Source: Euglena gracilis (lineage: Eukaryota). Taken from it: a stretch of DNA of 64,000 nt. Shown piece after piece: positions 46,915 through 61,540 of this stretch (position 1 is its first letter; every line of letters starts with the position of its first letter). The position numbers and the translations under genes were made by a program. The DNA lies in NCBI GenBank assembly GCA_039621445.1, contig CP154954.1, positions 46,169,847-46,233,846 of the forward strand, read 5' to 3'. The notes under the pieces were generated by a model that was not told the origin of the DNA, made no database searches, and saw nothing but the letters and a program-made list of their open reading frames with translations.

Positions 46915-49765
46915 CCCCCCCCGTCGGGGTCGGAGGGAGGTGCCTGCTAGGGGCAGGCACCTCCCAAAACTCTACCCCCCCCCCAGGGGGGTTCGGATCG
47001 GGTGCTATGGGGCGCCTGCCCCTAGCACCCCCCCCCCCCGTGGGGTAGGCACCCGACCAAGCACAAACCTGGTGGACACATACCCTGTTTTGGACCAAGG
47101 CTTGGAGAGAGCAAAACAAGAACAGTGAGATAGAACCGCCAGAAATTTTCGGGGGAGGCTTCAGACGGTATCCTCTGCTTCCAGAATTTTCAGGGCTTGT
47201 CCAGGCGAGCCAGAAGTCAGACAGCATTTTCCTTTTGAAAAGGGCAGTTTCCTCCAAAACAGAATGCCCAAACTTCCCCCCCCCCCTGACTCTTCCACTT
47301 TCAGTCCTGCCAACGTGTCTCGGATCCCAAAGTCATCAGACCTTTGGAGGGGTGGAAATGGGGAGGACGGCGCCAGATCCCTGCAGTGTGTAGGTGAAGG
47401 GCTGGGGTTTGATATGGAGAAAGCTGTTGGCAAAAGGAAGATTTGGCTCAACGTATGGAGAGATGGCTGCCTTAAATTTGGGCTCTACCACAAGCAACAT
47501 ATTCAAAAGGATGGGACAAATGGTGGGACAGTAAACCCTCCCATTAACCCCCCCCCCCCCGGTAACAGGATCTGTTTGGTGGTTTTGCCCAAGTGGGGGG
47601 TTATAAATGGGGGGGGGTTACACGTGGAGGCTTAGTGTGTAACCGGAAGAACCACCAAACCGTGACTTATACCCGCCCCCCCCCCAGAGGGACAAATTAT
47701 GAATAAACAAGAGACAAAATGTGCCAAAAATCAAAACGATGTGCTGAAAAAACATGTGTGGTGGGCCTGCAAACCGCTGACATTTTGGCCAAAAAAGCCA
47801 AAAACAGCTAAAATACATTTTGTACCCCCCCCCTGGTGCAGAAATAGGGGTTATTTTTGAACCTCTTCCGGCTACAAACAAAACCTGGGCTTATACCCCC
47901 CCCCACTTATAACTCCCCTCGGGACTGACCACCAAAAAGGATCCTTTGTCCCTAAGGGTTTTCAGCGGGCGCAGCACAACAAACCCATAACATCGTGTCT
48001 TGCGGCCGGGACACCGGTAAACCACAAACCAAACCCGCCTGCACAGCACCATGCACCACCGTCTACACCACTGTCCACCACACATTTTGACGGGTAACCG
48101 CCCAAAAAAGAGAAGCCACATTACCTTACCAGGCTTCTTTTTAAGGAAGTGCGTCGCGGGGGGGGGTGCAATGGCAGGAGGGGATAGGGGACTTTCGACC
48201 CCCAGGGGGGGGGTAGGGTTTTGGGGTGGGAATACCACAGCACACCCCCAGCACCGAAGGCGAAGGCGCTGGGGGCCCGAAAATGGCAATTATCAAAGGA
48301 GAATTGGCTTTGTTTGTCAGGCACCGGGGTCTAAAACCAACCCCCAGGTTTCCTGCCTAAAACTTCCCCATATGATCTACAAACGTCGCCGTCAGGCAAT
48401 TTTCTTGTTCATTGTTCATGTTCATCGTTGATGTTCCCCTCCCCAATCCCCCCCATCCATTTTTTTGCGCCTCTGGAACTTCCTCTCTGCATCCACTAGT
48501 CAACAAGTCCCTACATTCACATCAAAGACTGGCAGGTTCCCTCCTAAAATTGATCATTCAAAAATATCATGATGGTTCCCCTCAATTAACAATGTTACAC
48601 GGTAATTCATTCTCATTCATCACTAAAAACCACTTTGTGTCACCTGCTGTTTCATTTATTGCAGGCATCTGCATGCACTACAAAAAATTTTTTCTGTCTC
48701 AAACACCATCAGAAACAGAAACAAATTGCCATGTGAAATCCACGGAAAAAAAGCATTTCGCTCATTACAAAGAAGACAAAATCGTACGCCCTCTTCATTC
48801 AAATTCAAAAAAACTCATCACAATGATTTAAAGGTCAGGCGGTTAGGTAGATATTCGTCCAGGTTATGTCTTAAAATTTTTGGCTCAAAAGTGTAATAAT
48901 TTCGGCACAATAAATTAGGAGCTGTTGATTACGAAACAATGGGAATGGGACTGTCATATATTGGTGATCACCAATTCTCAATCATCATTGTACCGGGGGG
49001 GGGGAATTGAAGCTAGATAAAATTAGACCCGACAAAATTGGAAGCCGAAAAAATTGGTGCCAAACCTGAAAACGGACCGGAAAAAATTGGCAGGTTTTGT
49101 TTGCAAGATGACTGGAAAAGGGGTGATTTTCAAAATTTGGAGGCAGGAATTTCAAAAAAGGCCCGGAAAAATTTGGCAAAATTTCTGTACGCCAATTTTT
49201 TCCCAATCATTTTTTCGGCATCCAATTCCCCCCCCCCCGGTATCTTAACGTCAACACAAATGTGAACTGTAAAACCTGGTGGAGCAATGAATAATTCGGG
49301 GTGGGCCACGAGAGGACAGTGGGACCCATTTCCACAATATCGATGGCCATTTGGAAGGGTTGTTGCAAATACTTTGGGTATTTTTCTTCCATTGCATGAA
49401 ATGGAAATGGGGATTGTCGTCCTCCCAGACACACATGTGGGACGAACCCGGGCGATTTAGGGCTCAGTTCAGGGCTTTACGTTTGGGTTAGGGTTAGGAT
49501 TGGGATCAAGGTTGGGGATAGAGGGAGGGATAGGGATGGGGAAAAATCTGCCCAGGTGGGCGGTTTCATTTAACTTTTGCAAGTTGGTTCATGCTCAACT
49601 TTCATTTTTGCCTGATTGCCCACAAAGTGAACAAAAATTGCGGCAAACAAAATTTTCGGTGAAATACCCATCTTCTTTACTTTAATTTTCGGCCGGTGTC
49701 ATCCATGGAAGCCTCAGTTCGGCCATGAGAAAATATCATTGACCCTTGATGGAAACTGTTGGGGC

Positions 49766-50105
49766 AACCCCCCAAATAATACCCCCCCCCCCAGGTTTCC
49801 GGCTGAGGGCCCGGATTTTGACGGGAAAATTTAGGTAAATATCACAATTTCTGACAACAAATTACGAAAAAAAAGTCGATTTTTCTGGATCATCTGACCT
49901 CCAAAAAATGGTAAATTGCAGAAGAAAGTGCAAAAAATGACCCCAAAGGGGGGTTTTGGTGCTATTTTGGCTCCTACGGGACTTCGAAAAATTTCGAAAA
50001 TTTTGGGGAAATAATACCCCCACCAAATAATACCCCCCCCCTCGGGTCGGGACTTCGGACAAAAAAATAATACCCCGGGGGGGGGGTATTGTTTGGGGGG
50101 GTTTA
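49766..50105. mobile_element. MITE of the AACCCCCC...GGGGGGTT family
   Basis: Ends aaccccccaaataataccc and gggtattgtttggggggttt; aaataatacccc repeated internally. Confidence 0.65.
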
Positions 50106-51048
50106 GCCTGAATTTGTTCAAATCAAGTTGTTCCTTTGTGAAAAGCATGGCCACAAAACCTCCACCGAAAATCCATTCCAAAATGTCCCACGTTAAAACC
50201 GTTTAACAATCACGGGGTACCACATGAGGAAGATCATGAAACCGTCACGGGTGCCCATGGTGGCACCCATGACTGTTTTGAACATTTCACAATATGGCAC
50301 CCATGAACGTAAAACGTTTCACCGTGTGACACCTGTGAACACTTTTGGGGTGTTAAAAGTAGCATATTTTGAGGGCTTGAAAGGAATCTTGGGGCGTGAT
50401 ACATGGTGGGCGTACCCCCCCCCCCAAATGTAAAGCCCCCCAAATACTCCAAATATGGCAAAAAAAAGAGGTAAAGAGCGGCTGAATAAAATAAATTTTC
50501 CAAAATCAAAAATTACCACAATATTTGATACCTTAATTTTTTCCCGCAATTGTGATTTTTGTATGCCCTGTTGTTTGCTTGTTTTTTTATATGCATGTGA
50601 TGGTGTGATGCCCGAAAGCCTTCACAAATGGAATTACGGCTCCTCCAGCTCAGGGGAAGAGAGCCCATCGGCAATGGCATCCGAGGCGCGACCCCGCTGG
50701 GCCCGCCCCATCCCCCGCAGCGTCCCACTGCACATCCCAGCCAGGGGGAGGTCCGGAGGGCCAAAAAGGCTCTGGCCCCATCTGCTGGCAAATGGCCGGC
50801 ATCGGAGCAGGCCGCTTTTCCCTCAAGCACCTCCGTCTGACAACGTGGCGGGGGGGGGGGGTGGGCATGGCTTGGGGATGGACCATCCTCGAATGTGCTC
50901 GAACTACATTTGAGGACAATCGGGACCCTCCTCAAATGTCGTTCGAGGAGGTTCGAGACCATTAAGTATCGTATTGCCCTGTGTCTGCAACTCCCCTTTG
51001 GACACTTTTGTACGCAACTGTTCGGAGGGCTCTGAAGTAGCAAATCCC

Positions 51049-51082
<34 letters not shown>

Positions 51083-52528
51083 AAGTCCCTTCCGTCGCCC
51101 TCCTTCTTGAGCATGTTGACCTAACCCCATCCCTTCAATTAACATCACAACTCCTTTATCTGGGACCCAAAATATCAAAATCCCTTGAGTTACATATGCC
51201 TGTGTGCGCAATTCCCTTTCGTTGCCAATGCCCTTTCGAACGCAACTGTTCGGAGGGCCCTAAAATAACAAAATCCCTTGTGTTACACATGCGATGTGTG
51301 TGATACCTGAATGCATATATGCATGTGCGCAGGAGGAGGTTCGACCCTCCTTGAATGTCGTTCAAGCACATTTGAGGAGGGCCAAGACCCTCCTCAAATG
51401 TCGTTCGAGGTCGTTTGAGGAGGGTTTTTAAGCCCCACCCCAAGGTGGGGGGGCTTAAAAACTTTTGAGCAGGTTCGAGCTTGAACGTTTGAGCTCGAAC
51501 CTCCTACGGTCACCCCCCTTCCGGCAACAACCCCCTAGCTTTTTATCAGACACAGTAGCCCAAGGTGGATGGATTGCCGGGGCGACCATTTCACCTCTAG
51601 AAGCATTCACACCCCCACCATTCAGCATCCTGGAATTGCACGATGTACTTGGTCGCCAAAATTCTGCATCACAATCACGCAAAAAAATCATACACCACGA
51701 AACAGGGGACGTTTTCAAGGTCCCCCGCCAACCAGAGGCCTCCCCTTTGGTAGACTAAAGCCTCTGGTTGGCGCCGTATGCGGTTCCTGTGAGTGGGCCT
51801 ACACCCTTCTTTGTCAACAACCACTTATGTTTGTCTCCGGCAGGGGGGTTGGCCGTTAAAATGGCCAATCTCGGGGGGAACCTCTGTGGGTGGGGATATA
51901 CAATCATTTTTCAGCCGTTATTGGACCTTTTTGGCTAATTCCCGTCACTTGGGAAATATTTGGCCAAACCCACCCCCAGGCCTTTGCCCGGGTCGTCAAA
52001 AAAACCCATCTGAGTATGGGAAAAGCGACAATTTTTTTTTGAAAAACATTCAAAAACGGCGGGGAAATGGGCATTATGGGGGGTAGTCAAAATGAGGTTT
52101 CAGGGTGGGTTTCTTAATTAATCCCTCCCTCCAATTAGAAGCCCCCCCCATCGAAATAACAACCCCCCATATTGAAGTCCCCCCCTCGGGTTTCCCTCCA
52201 AATAACAGCCCCCCCCCCTTAGGCAGCCGCAATCATTCAAGGCGCTGGCAAACTGCAAGCACATAAAAGCAGCATCGGGTTTTGCCATAGTCTTAGCAAT
52301 CTTGGGTTTCTTGAACCATTTGGTGAGAAGGTTGGGACAGAAGACACTTGGCACATAAAAAAGAGTGATTTCCCGTCAACAGAAGTCCAAAAAGCCTGAC
52401 TTTTCACACCCGGCGCGACGCGCACACAAAGGTACCCAATTAGCAGCCCCCTCACCCCCCCTCAGGTTTTCCGCAGACTGACCGAATGGTGGCCCTTAAG
52501 GGCTTCTTATTGGGGGTTACAACAACAA

Positions 52529-52536
52529 TAATGACA

Positions 52537-52609
<73 letters not shown>

Positions 52610-52611
52610 CG

Positions 52612-52643
<32 letters not shown>

Positions 52644-52740
52644 GATGGTGATGATGATGGAGATGATAATGATGATGATGATGATTATTACATTATTACA
52701 GCTATTATTATTGCAAATTATATTATTATTATTATTATTA

Positions 52741-52799
<59 letters not shown>
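52529..52799 (+). repeat. Compound microsatellite (ATG)n followed by (TTA)n
   Basis: Read directly from the sequence. Confidence 0.97.
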
Positions 52800-52801
<2 letters not shown>

Positions 52802-54362
52802 AACAACAATGTAGAATAATTGCTTTATACATACATATGATGAGACGTTGTATTATATCATGTATAATAATATGTGTTGCTGTGCAATTAACTGCACACT
52901 CCAAATAGTTGGGTTCCTTGGGTCTGGGGTTCATCCTGCTGTTCCCCCTCATTGCACATCTGCCTTCCTTGCCCGCCGTCCTTCCACTGTCTGTCTCACC
53001 ATTGTCAACTCAAGAGGGACCTTCCCCTGAGCCCTGTCCCACCGCGGGACTCTCCTGCCAACCTTGCCGGAGTCGCCCATGACCCGTGCATCGCCGGCAG
53101 GCACGACATGTCAAAAAACTGAGCTGCCCCACGATGTGATTCCTGGCAAAGACACGGGGCCAAACTGCACCAAAAGAACTCGGACACAAAAAAAGCCTCA
53201 AAATACAATGAACCCCAAATAATGTACACCTGGGCATATTGTTTGAGTATATACACGAAGTACACCAAGCAGCGACCCTGCGTGTCGCTGCTTGGTTGGG
53301 AGCGAATATATCGGCTGGGGGATTTGGGCAATTCTTCAACCTGCATAAACTCGAAAAATGCACATTTTGCTGAATTTCTCTGTAACGTATGGCAATAAAC
53401 TTTTCTTTGAGGTTGATACTGTTGCATCCCCATTGCTCCAAGATTTTGGCAATCCCTGCTTTTAAAAAGAAAACCTACAGTGAGGGGCATCAATTTTCAT
53501 ACACCTCCAATTTGTGGGCCAGGCAAGAATAATCAGAACTTACGTTTTCATACAACGAAAGCACGTTTTTTGGGTTTGTGGACCCACAACCCAACCTCAG
53601 GTGTCTGTATTTTTCTCACGGGGGGAGGGGGTGTAGGTCATCGTTTGGCTTTAGTTACTGAGGCAGGGGAATAAGTGGGTTGCAGATTTATAAGGAGAGG
53701 TTCTTTCCAACCAGAATTTTGATAGTGGGATCAATATGCGGTCTTCCCCGTTGCCCTTCTCTCTCTTGAGTTTGGTTAGGGTTAAAGCAACATGCACTCA
53801 AAAAGAGATGAAAAAGGAGGGATTGTAATGAAAGGATAGGGATAGTTTTGGGGGCGGTTTATGGCTAGGGTTAGGGCACGGCTCACCGGGTTTGGTTGGG
53901 TCGTGGCCGGCTGTGCCTGACCGTGGTCCAACCAAAAACTTTGCACAAGCTTCAAGAGTGTCCATGGTTGGGCCGCGACTGGCTGCGGCACAAACCAATT
54001 CCAAATTTGATCAGAAATTCGGGTTTTGGTTGGGCCGCGGCCACCCAACAGCCACCCAACCTCCCGTGAACAACTAACCCCCCCCCCCACTTATGAACCC
54101 CCCAAATTATAACTCCCCCTCACATATAACCCCCAGGCCGACAAACCCAACCTTAACTTATAACCCCCCCCCCTGAAGAAAAAAAATGAAAGACGCCGGG
54201 GGACGACTTTTTCGGCTGCAAACCACCCAAACTGCCAAACACATTTTTTGTCAATTTTTATGAGACCGACCCTAATCAAAAATGCCATTTTGGCAATTTT
54301 TTTTGCCAAACTGGGCAATTTTGCCAAAAAAATGCCAATTGGGGGGGCTTTGAGGTCATTGG

Positions 54363-55572
54363 CAAGCACCTATGACAGATTCCAAATTTTAGCCCGCGGT
54401 CGGCTGCGGTCGGCCGCGGTCGGCTGCGGTCGGCTGCGGTCGGCTGCAGTCGGCAGCGGTCGGCAAAGTAGTTGGCTGTAGGTGGGGGGCAGGCCAACAA
54501 AAAATGAGCATACTGCATATCACAATCACACAATCCACTGTTGCCAACTTTTGGCCACTTTTCGCTGCTTTTGGCCAGCTTTTGATGCTTTTGGACTGCT
54601 TTTGGCCGCTGTTGCTGACTTTTGGTCAATTTTTGCTGCCTTTGCCCATTATTTCCTGCTTTTTGCTTTCTTTTGGTCACTTTTGTTGTTTTTGCCCACT
54701 TTTTGCTGTGGTTTGGCTGCTTTGGCCAGCTTTTGCTTTGCTTTGACCTCTTTTGACCACTTTTGGCCTCTTTAACCCACTTTTGACCACTTTCTCTGCT
54801 TTTGGCCATTTTTACCCACTTCTGGCCACTTTCAGGCCACTTTAAACGTCTTTGTGTTGCTTTTGACATCAAGAGCAGTCAAACGTGACCTAAAGATGGC
54901 CTAAAAGTGGCAAAACATGGTTAAAATGGCCAAAAGTTCCAAAAGCAGGCAAAAAGAACAAAAAAAAAATGCCCAAAAATGGCCCAAAATGACCCTGCTT
55001 TTGGCCGATTTGGGTCACTTTAGCAGCTTTTGTTCACTTTTGGCAACAAACTGGCGCAAAATGGTCAAAATGGTCAAATTGGACCAAAAAGAGACCAAAA
55101 AAAAATGGGCAAAAATAACAAAAGAAAAGGTCGAAAGTGGCTTTAAATGGTCAAAAATGGCCCGAAATGGCCCAAAATGGCCCAAGAGCAGGACAAAATG
55201 GCCCGAAATTACAAGAAGTGGGCAAAAAATGGCCAAAAATGGTCGAAATAGGTCAAAATGGGTGAATTATGGTGGCAAATGGGCCAAAAGGGGACAAAAG
55301 CGACCAAAAACGGCCAAAAATGGCCAAAAGTGGCCAAAAGTGGCCAAAAGTGACAACATCAGCCAGATGAGCCAGAAAAATCTCAACATCTGGGATAAAA
55401 ATGAGCCTAATTCCTCATTCTCACTGAAAAATTGACATCAATTGGAAAAAAGTTGCGCGGTCGGCTGCGGTCGGCTGCGGTCGGCTGCGGTTGGCTGCGG
55501 TCGGCACCCCACCTGTGACAGTCCTGAAACCCGCGGTCGGCTGCGGTCGGCTGCGGTCGGCATAGGTGCCTG
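54363..55572. mobile_element. hAT-type non-autonomous element
   Basis: TIR caagcacctatg / cataggtgcctg; 8-bp TSD gtcattgg at 54355-54362 and 55573-55580; ggtcggctgc subterminal tandem repeats; internal inverted ttttggcca / tggccaaaa arrays. Confidence 0.9.
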
Positions 55573-55676
55573 GTCATTGGGTCGGATTTTCATCAACAAT
55601 TCCTTGACTTACAGGTTTTGTGTAGTGCTGAGACTAACAGCCGACCCCCCAATAGCCCATTAACATACCCCATTAA

Positions 55677-55910
55677 CAACCCCCCCTATAGAAGCACGGG
55701 GCCGCTACAAGCACAGGGTCCAAATAAAAGCGCACCCCCCGCCGCTGAAGGCGGCGGTCCACCACAAGCACACCCCTCATTTTGATGGGATTTCCAAAAG
55801 GAAGTCAACAAAAATGGTGCAGGTGCAGGGTCCATTGAAGCGCACACCCCGCCGCTGGAGGCGGCAGTCTGTTATAAGTGCACTGTGCTTCTATTGGGGG
55901 GGGGGGGGTT
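55677..55910. mobile_element. Short MITE of the AACCCCCC family
   Basis: Ends aaccccccctatagaagcac and gtgcttctatt(g)n-tt. Confidence 0.65.
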
Positions 55911-56174
55911 ACACACCTACCCCCCCCCCCCGGGAAACTGTCACCTGACAGGTTGGGCGGTACCGGGGACCCTGACAACTTCCTATCATGACAGGTTGGC
56001 CGGTACCAGGGACCCTGACAGTTTCCGGGTGAGACCCTGACAGGTTCTCGGGCATGACAATTTCCCGGGGGGGGGGGTAGGTATGCCTGATGGCGGCCCA
56101 GAACGGGTGCGCACCTGACCTTGGAGGTCTATGCACGGTGATGGACAGTTCCCAGGAATTTCCTTCGATTCCTA

Positions 56175-56996
56175 CAATAGGGGAACTAAATAATGGGACA
56201 CCTGAGAATTTTGTGGGGTCACACCCAACCCCCCAGCTGGTGATGGCGTGTGCACATTGGCATGGCCCTGCCCCACGCAGCAGTGCCCCAGCCAGCTCTG
56301 CTGCAGCACATTGTGCAAAATTCAGACCAATCCTATGCAAGCAGGTTTTTTTCCATTTTCTGACCCAGCCTCAGGTAAGGGGACGAGGCAGCTTGCGCTG
56401 CAGTGAGTGGCATTGGACCCCAACTTTGAACAATGCAAGTTAAAAACCCCTGTCAATGTGGGCTGATGGGCGATGGCCTCGATATGCCGACCAATTTGGG
56501 CAAAAGGAGGCCAAAAGTGGTAATTTTCGGTAATTTTGTCAACGTTGGCTGATGGGGCGATGACCTCGACATGCTGACCAATTTGGGCGAAAATTACCAC
56601 TTTTGGCCTCTTCCTTTTGCCCAAATTGGTCGGCATATCGAAGCCATCGCCCATCAGCCCACGTTGACAGGGGTTTTTAACTTGCATTGTTCAAAGTTGA
56701 GGTCCAATGCCACTCACTGCAGTGTGAGCCGCCTCGTCCCCTCACCTGAGGCTGGGTTTGCTTCGCAGTCCAAAAGGAAGGGAAGGAAATGGAAAAAACC
56801 TGCTTGCATAGGATTGGCCTTGAATTTTGCACAGTGTGCTGCAGCAGAGCTGGCTGGGGCACTGCTGCGTGGGGCAGGGCCATGCCAATGTGCACACACC
56901 ATCACCATATCCCATGGGCTGGCAGAGGCTTTGGAGCTGGGGTTGGGTGTGACCCCACAAAATTCTCAGGTGTCCCATTATTTAGTTCCCCTACTG
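56175..56996. mobile_element. Almost fully palindromic pogo/Tigger-like MITE
   Basis: TA|caataggggaactaaataatgggacacc ... ggtgtcccattatttagttcccctactg|TA; arms of roughly 350-400 bp. Confidence 0.85.
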
Positions 56997-59900
56997 TATT
57001 ATTTTGGAGACAATTCTTGGGGGGTGACCCCCTCCCCCTTCGGCTGACCAACCAAACCAGATCCAATAAACCTTTGGGTGTTCATAAATGGGGGGGTTTA
57101 CCCATCCCGTCCCAAAAGCAGGGTTTGCACTATTAGCAAACAAAAAATTGTCTCCAAAACACATAAGTTTATCACATGCGTTTAAAAAGGCTCCGGAATC
57201 AAAAAGAATCGCCCACTCCTTGTTGGGGGACATTTTCGCAGTATTGAGAGGGGTCTTTTTTTGGATTTCCTCATCTCTTTCATCACTCCTCTATTATCTC
57301 ACCTTCTTTTGAGTGCATATTCACCTAACCCAATCATTAACAACTTTCATTAACAACAACGTCTCCGTTTCATTTCCACACCATCCGAGTGTCCCTGGTA
57401 TTTTTTGATGTATTGTGTTTAGTGGAGCCAATTACCATCCAGCTGTCAATGGCTGGAATTGGACAGTAACCCTGCAGATCAAATGAACTCAAAGCAAATG
57501 GACATGGAGTATGCATCGCCAGGCATGGTGCTTGGATGGTTACGGGAGGTTGGGCTGCGGTTAGCCGCTGCCAACTACAGCCCAACCAAACATGAACTGA
57601 AAGGCCAAAAAATTTGGTTGGGCTGCGACCCAACCATCGTGGTGAAAACCATTGCGAGAAAAATACGGCATCAAAATGAAAAAAATTGCCTTGGTTAGAC
57701 CTCGGCGGGCCGCGGCCCAACCAAAAGCTTGAAAGTATTCAGCAAAACACAAAGAGTTGATTGAACCCCCCAAAAGACCCCCTCAAGTTTTCCAGCAACG
57801 GACCCAGCGCCTTGTTTTGGGAGGGAGGTTCACTGACGAAGCAAACCACACCCTCCTGACCCCCAGGAGTGTGGGGGTTGGGAATTGCTCTGTGCATCTC
57901 CTTTGAGAAGGCACCCCCCCCCCCCGACCCATCCCCGGCTCGACCTGCAAATGCTGTCCCTGCCGCTCCTCTTCCCCGGCCGCCTCCCCTCGGCCCGCCT
58001 CCCGGCCGCCGGCGCCGATGACCCGCAGCGGCCGGTGCACGGCCCAGCCCGCCCCGGACGCCTGCTGCGGCCCCCGGCCGGTGTTGGCTGTGTGGCTGGC
58101 GGCGGCAGGGCCCGTCCGCCACACCGCCCGGTGCCCCGCGGGGCCAACCCGGTCCGGACCAACCCCCAACCCCCAACCCCCCCCGCCCGCCTTGAGGGGA
58201 AAGGCCGGGAGAGGGACTGGGGGACCCCGGGGGAGGCCCTGTGCAGCGGAAGCGTTTGCCCGGGGGCTGCGAGCGGCGGTGCCAGGGCGGGAGGAGTGCA
58301 CCCCCCCAAGCCCCTCTCCATGCAGCCGCAACAGGAGGCCTCCCCCCCCCCCCACACACAGGTGGGCCTGCTTCCACATCGCTGCCCCACCATCGCCCCC
58401 CTGAGCGCTGGCCTCGCCCGCGCCCGACGCCGGTTCCGTTGCGGGGTCTCCGGACCGCTCAGCGGGCTGCGACGAGCCTGGCTGCCCGTCGGGAGGGGCG
58501 AGGGCACTCTGTGCACATGCAACTCTGATGCAGGCCTTTGCGTGCGGACCACAGGGGATACGGCAACAGCCCTGCAGAGTGGCCGCGCTGGGGTTATGTG
58601 TCAATGCCGGGAGGGCATCGAAGCTGCACCTGAAGTGAAGGGACCGAAGCACAGCCTCTGTGGGTTTCTGTCAGGATTTATTGCGCGATGTCCTCCCCGT
58701 TGTCCGTTCAAAGCAGTGGCATTCACTCATATTCCTGCCATTTCTTTCAAGGTTTCAAAGTTTTTGTGAAGCAAACTATATTTGGAATCCTAATCTTGCA
58801 TCAGTTTTTTTGTGCCAGCCCATCGAAATAACAACCCCCCCCATATTGAAGCCCCCCCCCTCAGGTTTCCCTCCAAAAATCCAAATAACAGCCCCCCCCC
58901 CCAGGCAGCCGCAAGTATTCAAGGCGCTGGCAAACTGCAAGCACACAAAAGCAGCATACATCGGGTTTTTGCCATAGTCTTAGCAATCTTGTCTGGAAAA
59001 AGATAACTGCCGGGGGGAGTGCCCTCGCCCAGCACCAACTGCGTCAGCCGTCTCGGGCCCTCCATCCCACCAAACCTCCTCAGGCTCGTCCTCTGGGCCC
59101 GTCCCCTGCCATAGGGCCGCCTCCTCGCCGCTGCTCCAAGTCTCGCCCTCCGGCGGCCACCACCCGTCTTCCGCATGCCGGCAGCGATCGCTCCGCGGGG
59201 CACCGCCAACCACCCCTGTAGGACACACACCGGAGGGGGGGGGGTCGGAAATCCCCTGGCATTTGTTATGTTGGCTCTTTTTGCCATCCTCGACGTGGAG
59301 TTGGGGTGAGCGCCCGCCGCTGTCCCCAGTCCCACGAGCATCCCGGCACAGCGGCAGGGGGATCGCCGGCCGCGCCCGCCGGGCCGGGGGCTCGTCCGGC
59401 GCCGCGGGGGGCAGCGGCAGCCCCCCGGCGGGGGCCCGCCCCGCGCCGGCGAACGGCAGGGGCCGGGCCCCCGCCGGGCGGTGCAGCACCCACTGGCCGG
59501 CGGGGCTGGTCACAGGCCGGGGCTGGCCCAGCCGACGGGGGACGCCAACGCCCCGGGTTTGGGGAAGACACAGCGGAGGGGGGGAGGAGCGAAGCCAGCC
59601 CCTTGTCAGACGGGCACACTAGCGGGCACCCCCCTACCGCCATCAGGCTTCTTTTTTTTACCAACCGGGGGGGGGGGGTGCCTTGCGCTATGGGGTGTGC
59701 CTGCCCATGGCAGGCACCCCCCTCCAGGGGGTCGGTTCTGGACCCCAGCGCCTGCCGACCCAGGCAAATTTCCTTTACTCCAAAACCATCGAAGGACCGA
59801 CTGACCACTTTTCCAAAACCAATTTGCGAACAAATGCTGTTTCATTTTATAATTGTAACACAATTCAATGCTTCCGGCCATCGGACAACAGAGCAGTTTG

Positions 59901-60708
59901 CCCAACGACTTGGCAGGGGGGAACCCGAAAAAGATCCATCCAAATAACTTTGCCCCCCTCTGCTTAAGGAAAAACGTGGAAAATAATGCATCTTTTTGGA
60001 GAATCAGGAGGTAAGCACTGCAAAGTGGTTTGGGGGTGTTCACAATGGGGCATCCCGCAACGACCCTTCAACGTCACTGCGGGCTAAATAAAATCCTAAA
60101 TGTCCTCTTTCATTGCTTTGTGCATTCTGCTTTTGAATTCCTCGCGAGCTTTTTGTTTGATGCGTCGAGTAACAGGAGGGTAAATGCTCACCCATTTCTT
60201 GAGAAGCCCACATTCACCTGAGGGTAACCAAAGACTCCCCAAGGATGTCGATTTCTGTATCTGACACATTTGTGCTGGAGGAGTTACCACATGCTTTTCA
60301 GCCAACCTTGAGAGGCAAAAAAAATCATCATGATGATCATTCATTGCTGGCGACAAGTTGGGTGCACTTGGGGGGGGGGCGAGGGTGACACCTCGGTGCA
60401 TATGATTCCGTACATGGGATACAAGCCGGGATAAACCAAGGGCTGCACCATTTTCAGGAGAGGAAACACTTTTGGAGTTGAGGTGCAATCGCACATACAC
60501 ACAGAGAGAGACAATGGACGCAACATTACACAACACACGATGCACAAGCACACAACAACATCACGATTCTTCTTTAGTCCTGTGCATCGCTCCCAGAAGC
60601 CTCGGGCCCCCAAAGCCTAGCCATGGCTTGGGCAGAGCTCTCGGAGTTGGCAGAGGCGTCTTGGGTTCGCTTTGAAACAATACCACTGCTGCAGAAATCT
60701 CGGAGAAG

Positions 60709-61540
60709 TAAAACCCCCCCAAATATAAACCTCCCCGGTTTCATATTTGGGCGGAAATTTCAAGACCCCCGGCTTTTATATTTGGGGGGGGGGGGTTATG
60801 GGGGGGTTATATTCGGTCGGAAAAATCAACTTCCTGGTGAAATCCAGTTGGCACTTTTTCGGTCCAAAACCACAAATACAGGTCTAAAATTTTCACTTTT
60901 GGGGGCAAAGGAGCAATTTTCACACGTTTTTGGTAAAAATTGCTCCCAAATCTGCCAAAAATCACAATTTCAGGAGAGATTTTGTCGAATTTTTTTCCTT
61001 CCGGGCGCTTCGCGCCGGAGGGGGGTTTTATATTCAGCCAGGATTTCAAGGTCCTCAGGGGGGTTACATTTGGGGGGGTTTTATATTTGGGGGGGTTTAC
61101 TTAACCCCCCCAAAAAATAAGACCCCCCCAAAAATAAGACCCCCCCTGGGCCGATCGAGCAAAAATCCAAAAATAAGACCCCCCCATAAATAAGACCCCC
61201 CCCCTGACGGCGCGAAGCGCCGGGGACGGTGAAAATTTTCCCTGAGAAATTGCCAAAAACCCAAATTTCACACACAAAAATGATGAAAGTTTAAAAAATT
61301 TCAGATTCTTGAAGTGCAAAAAACATGCTAAATGTCAACTTACACAAATTTACACATGGCGAGAAGCGCCGAAGGAAAATTTTTAGTGTTTTTGGGAACC
61401 TGAAAAATGATGTTTTTTTCGGGCCCGGGCCGGTCAAGGAAAAATCCAAAAATAAGACCCCCCCAAAATAAGACCCCCCCTGGAGGTTTCCAGCAAAGGA
61501 CCCAAAAATAAGACCCGGGTCTTATTTTGGGGGGGGTTTA
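60709..61540. mobile_element. Two abutting MITEs of the AACCCCCC family (about 60709-61099 and 61102-61540)
   Basis: First: aa(c)n-aaatataaacc / ttatattt-(g)n-tt. Second: aa(c)n-aaaaaataagacc / ggtcttatttt-(g)n-tt. Confidence 0.75.

Noticed and set aside
52486-52800. Poly-Met/Tyr ORF
   Set aside because: It is the translation of an (ATG)n/(TTA)n microsatellite.
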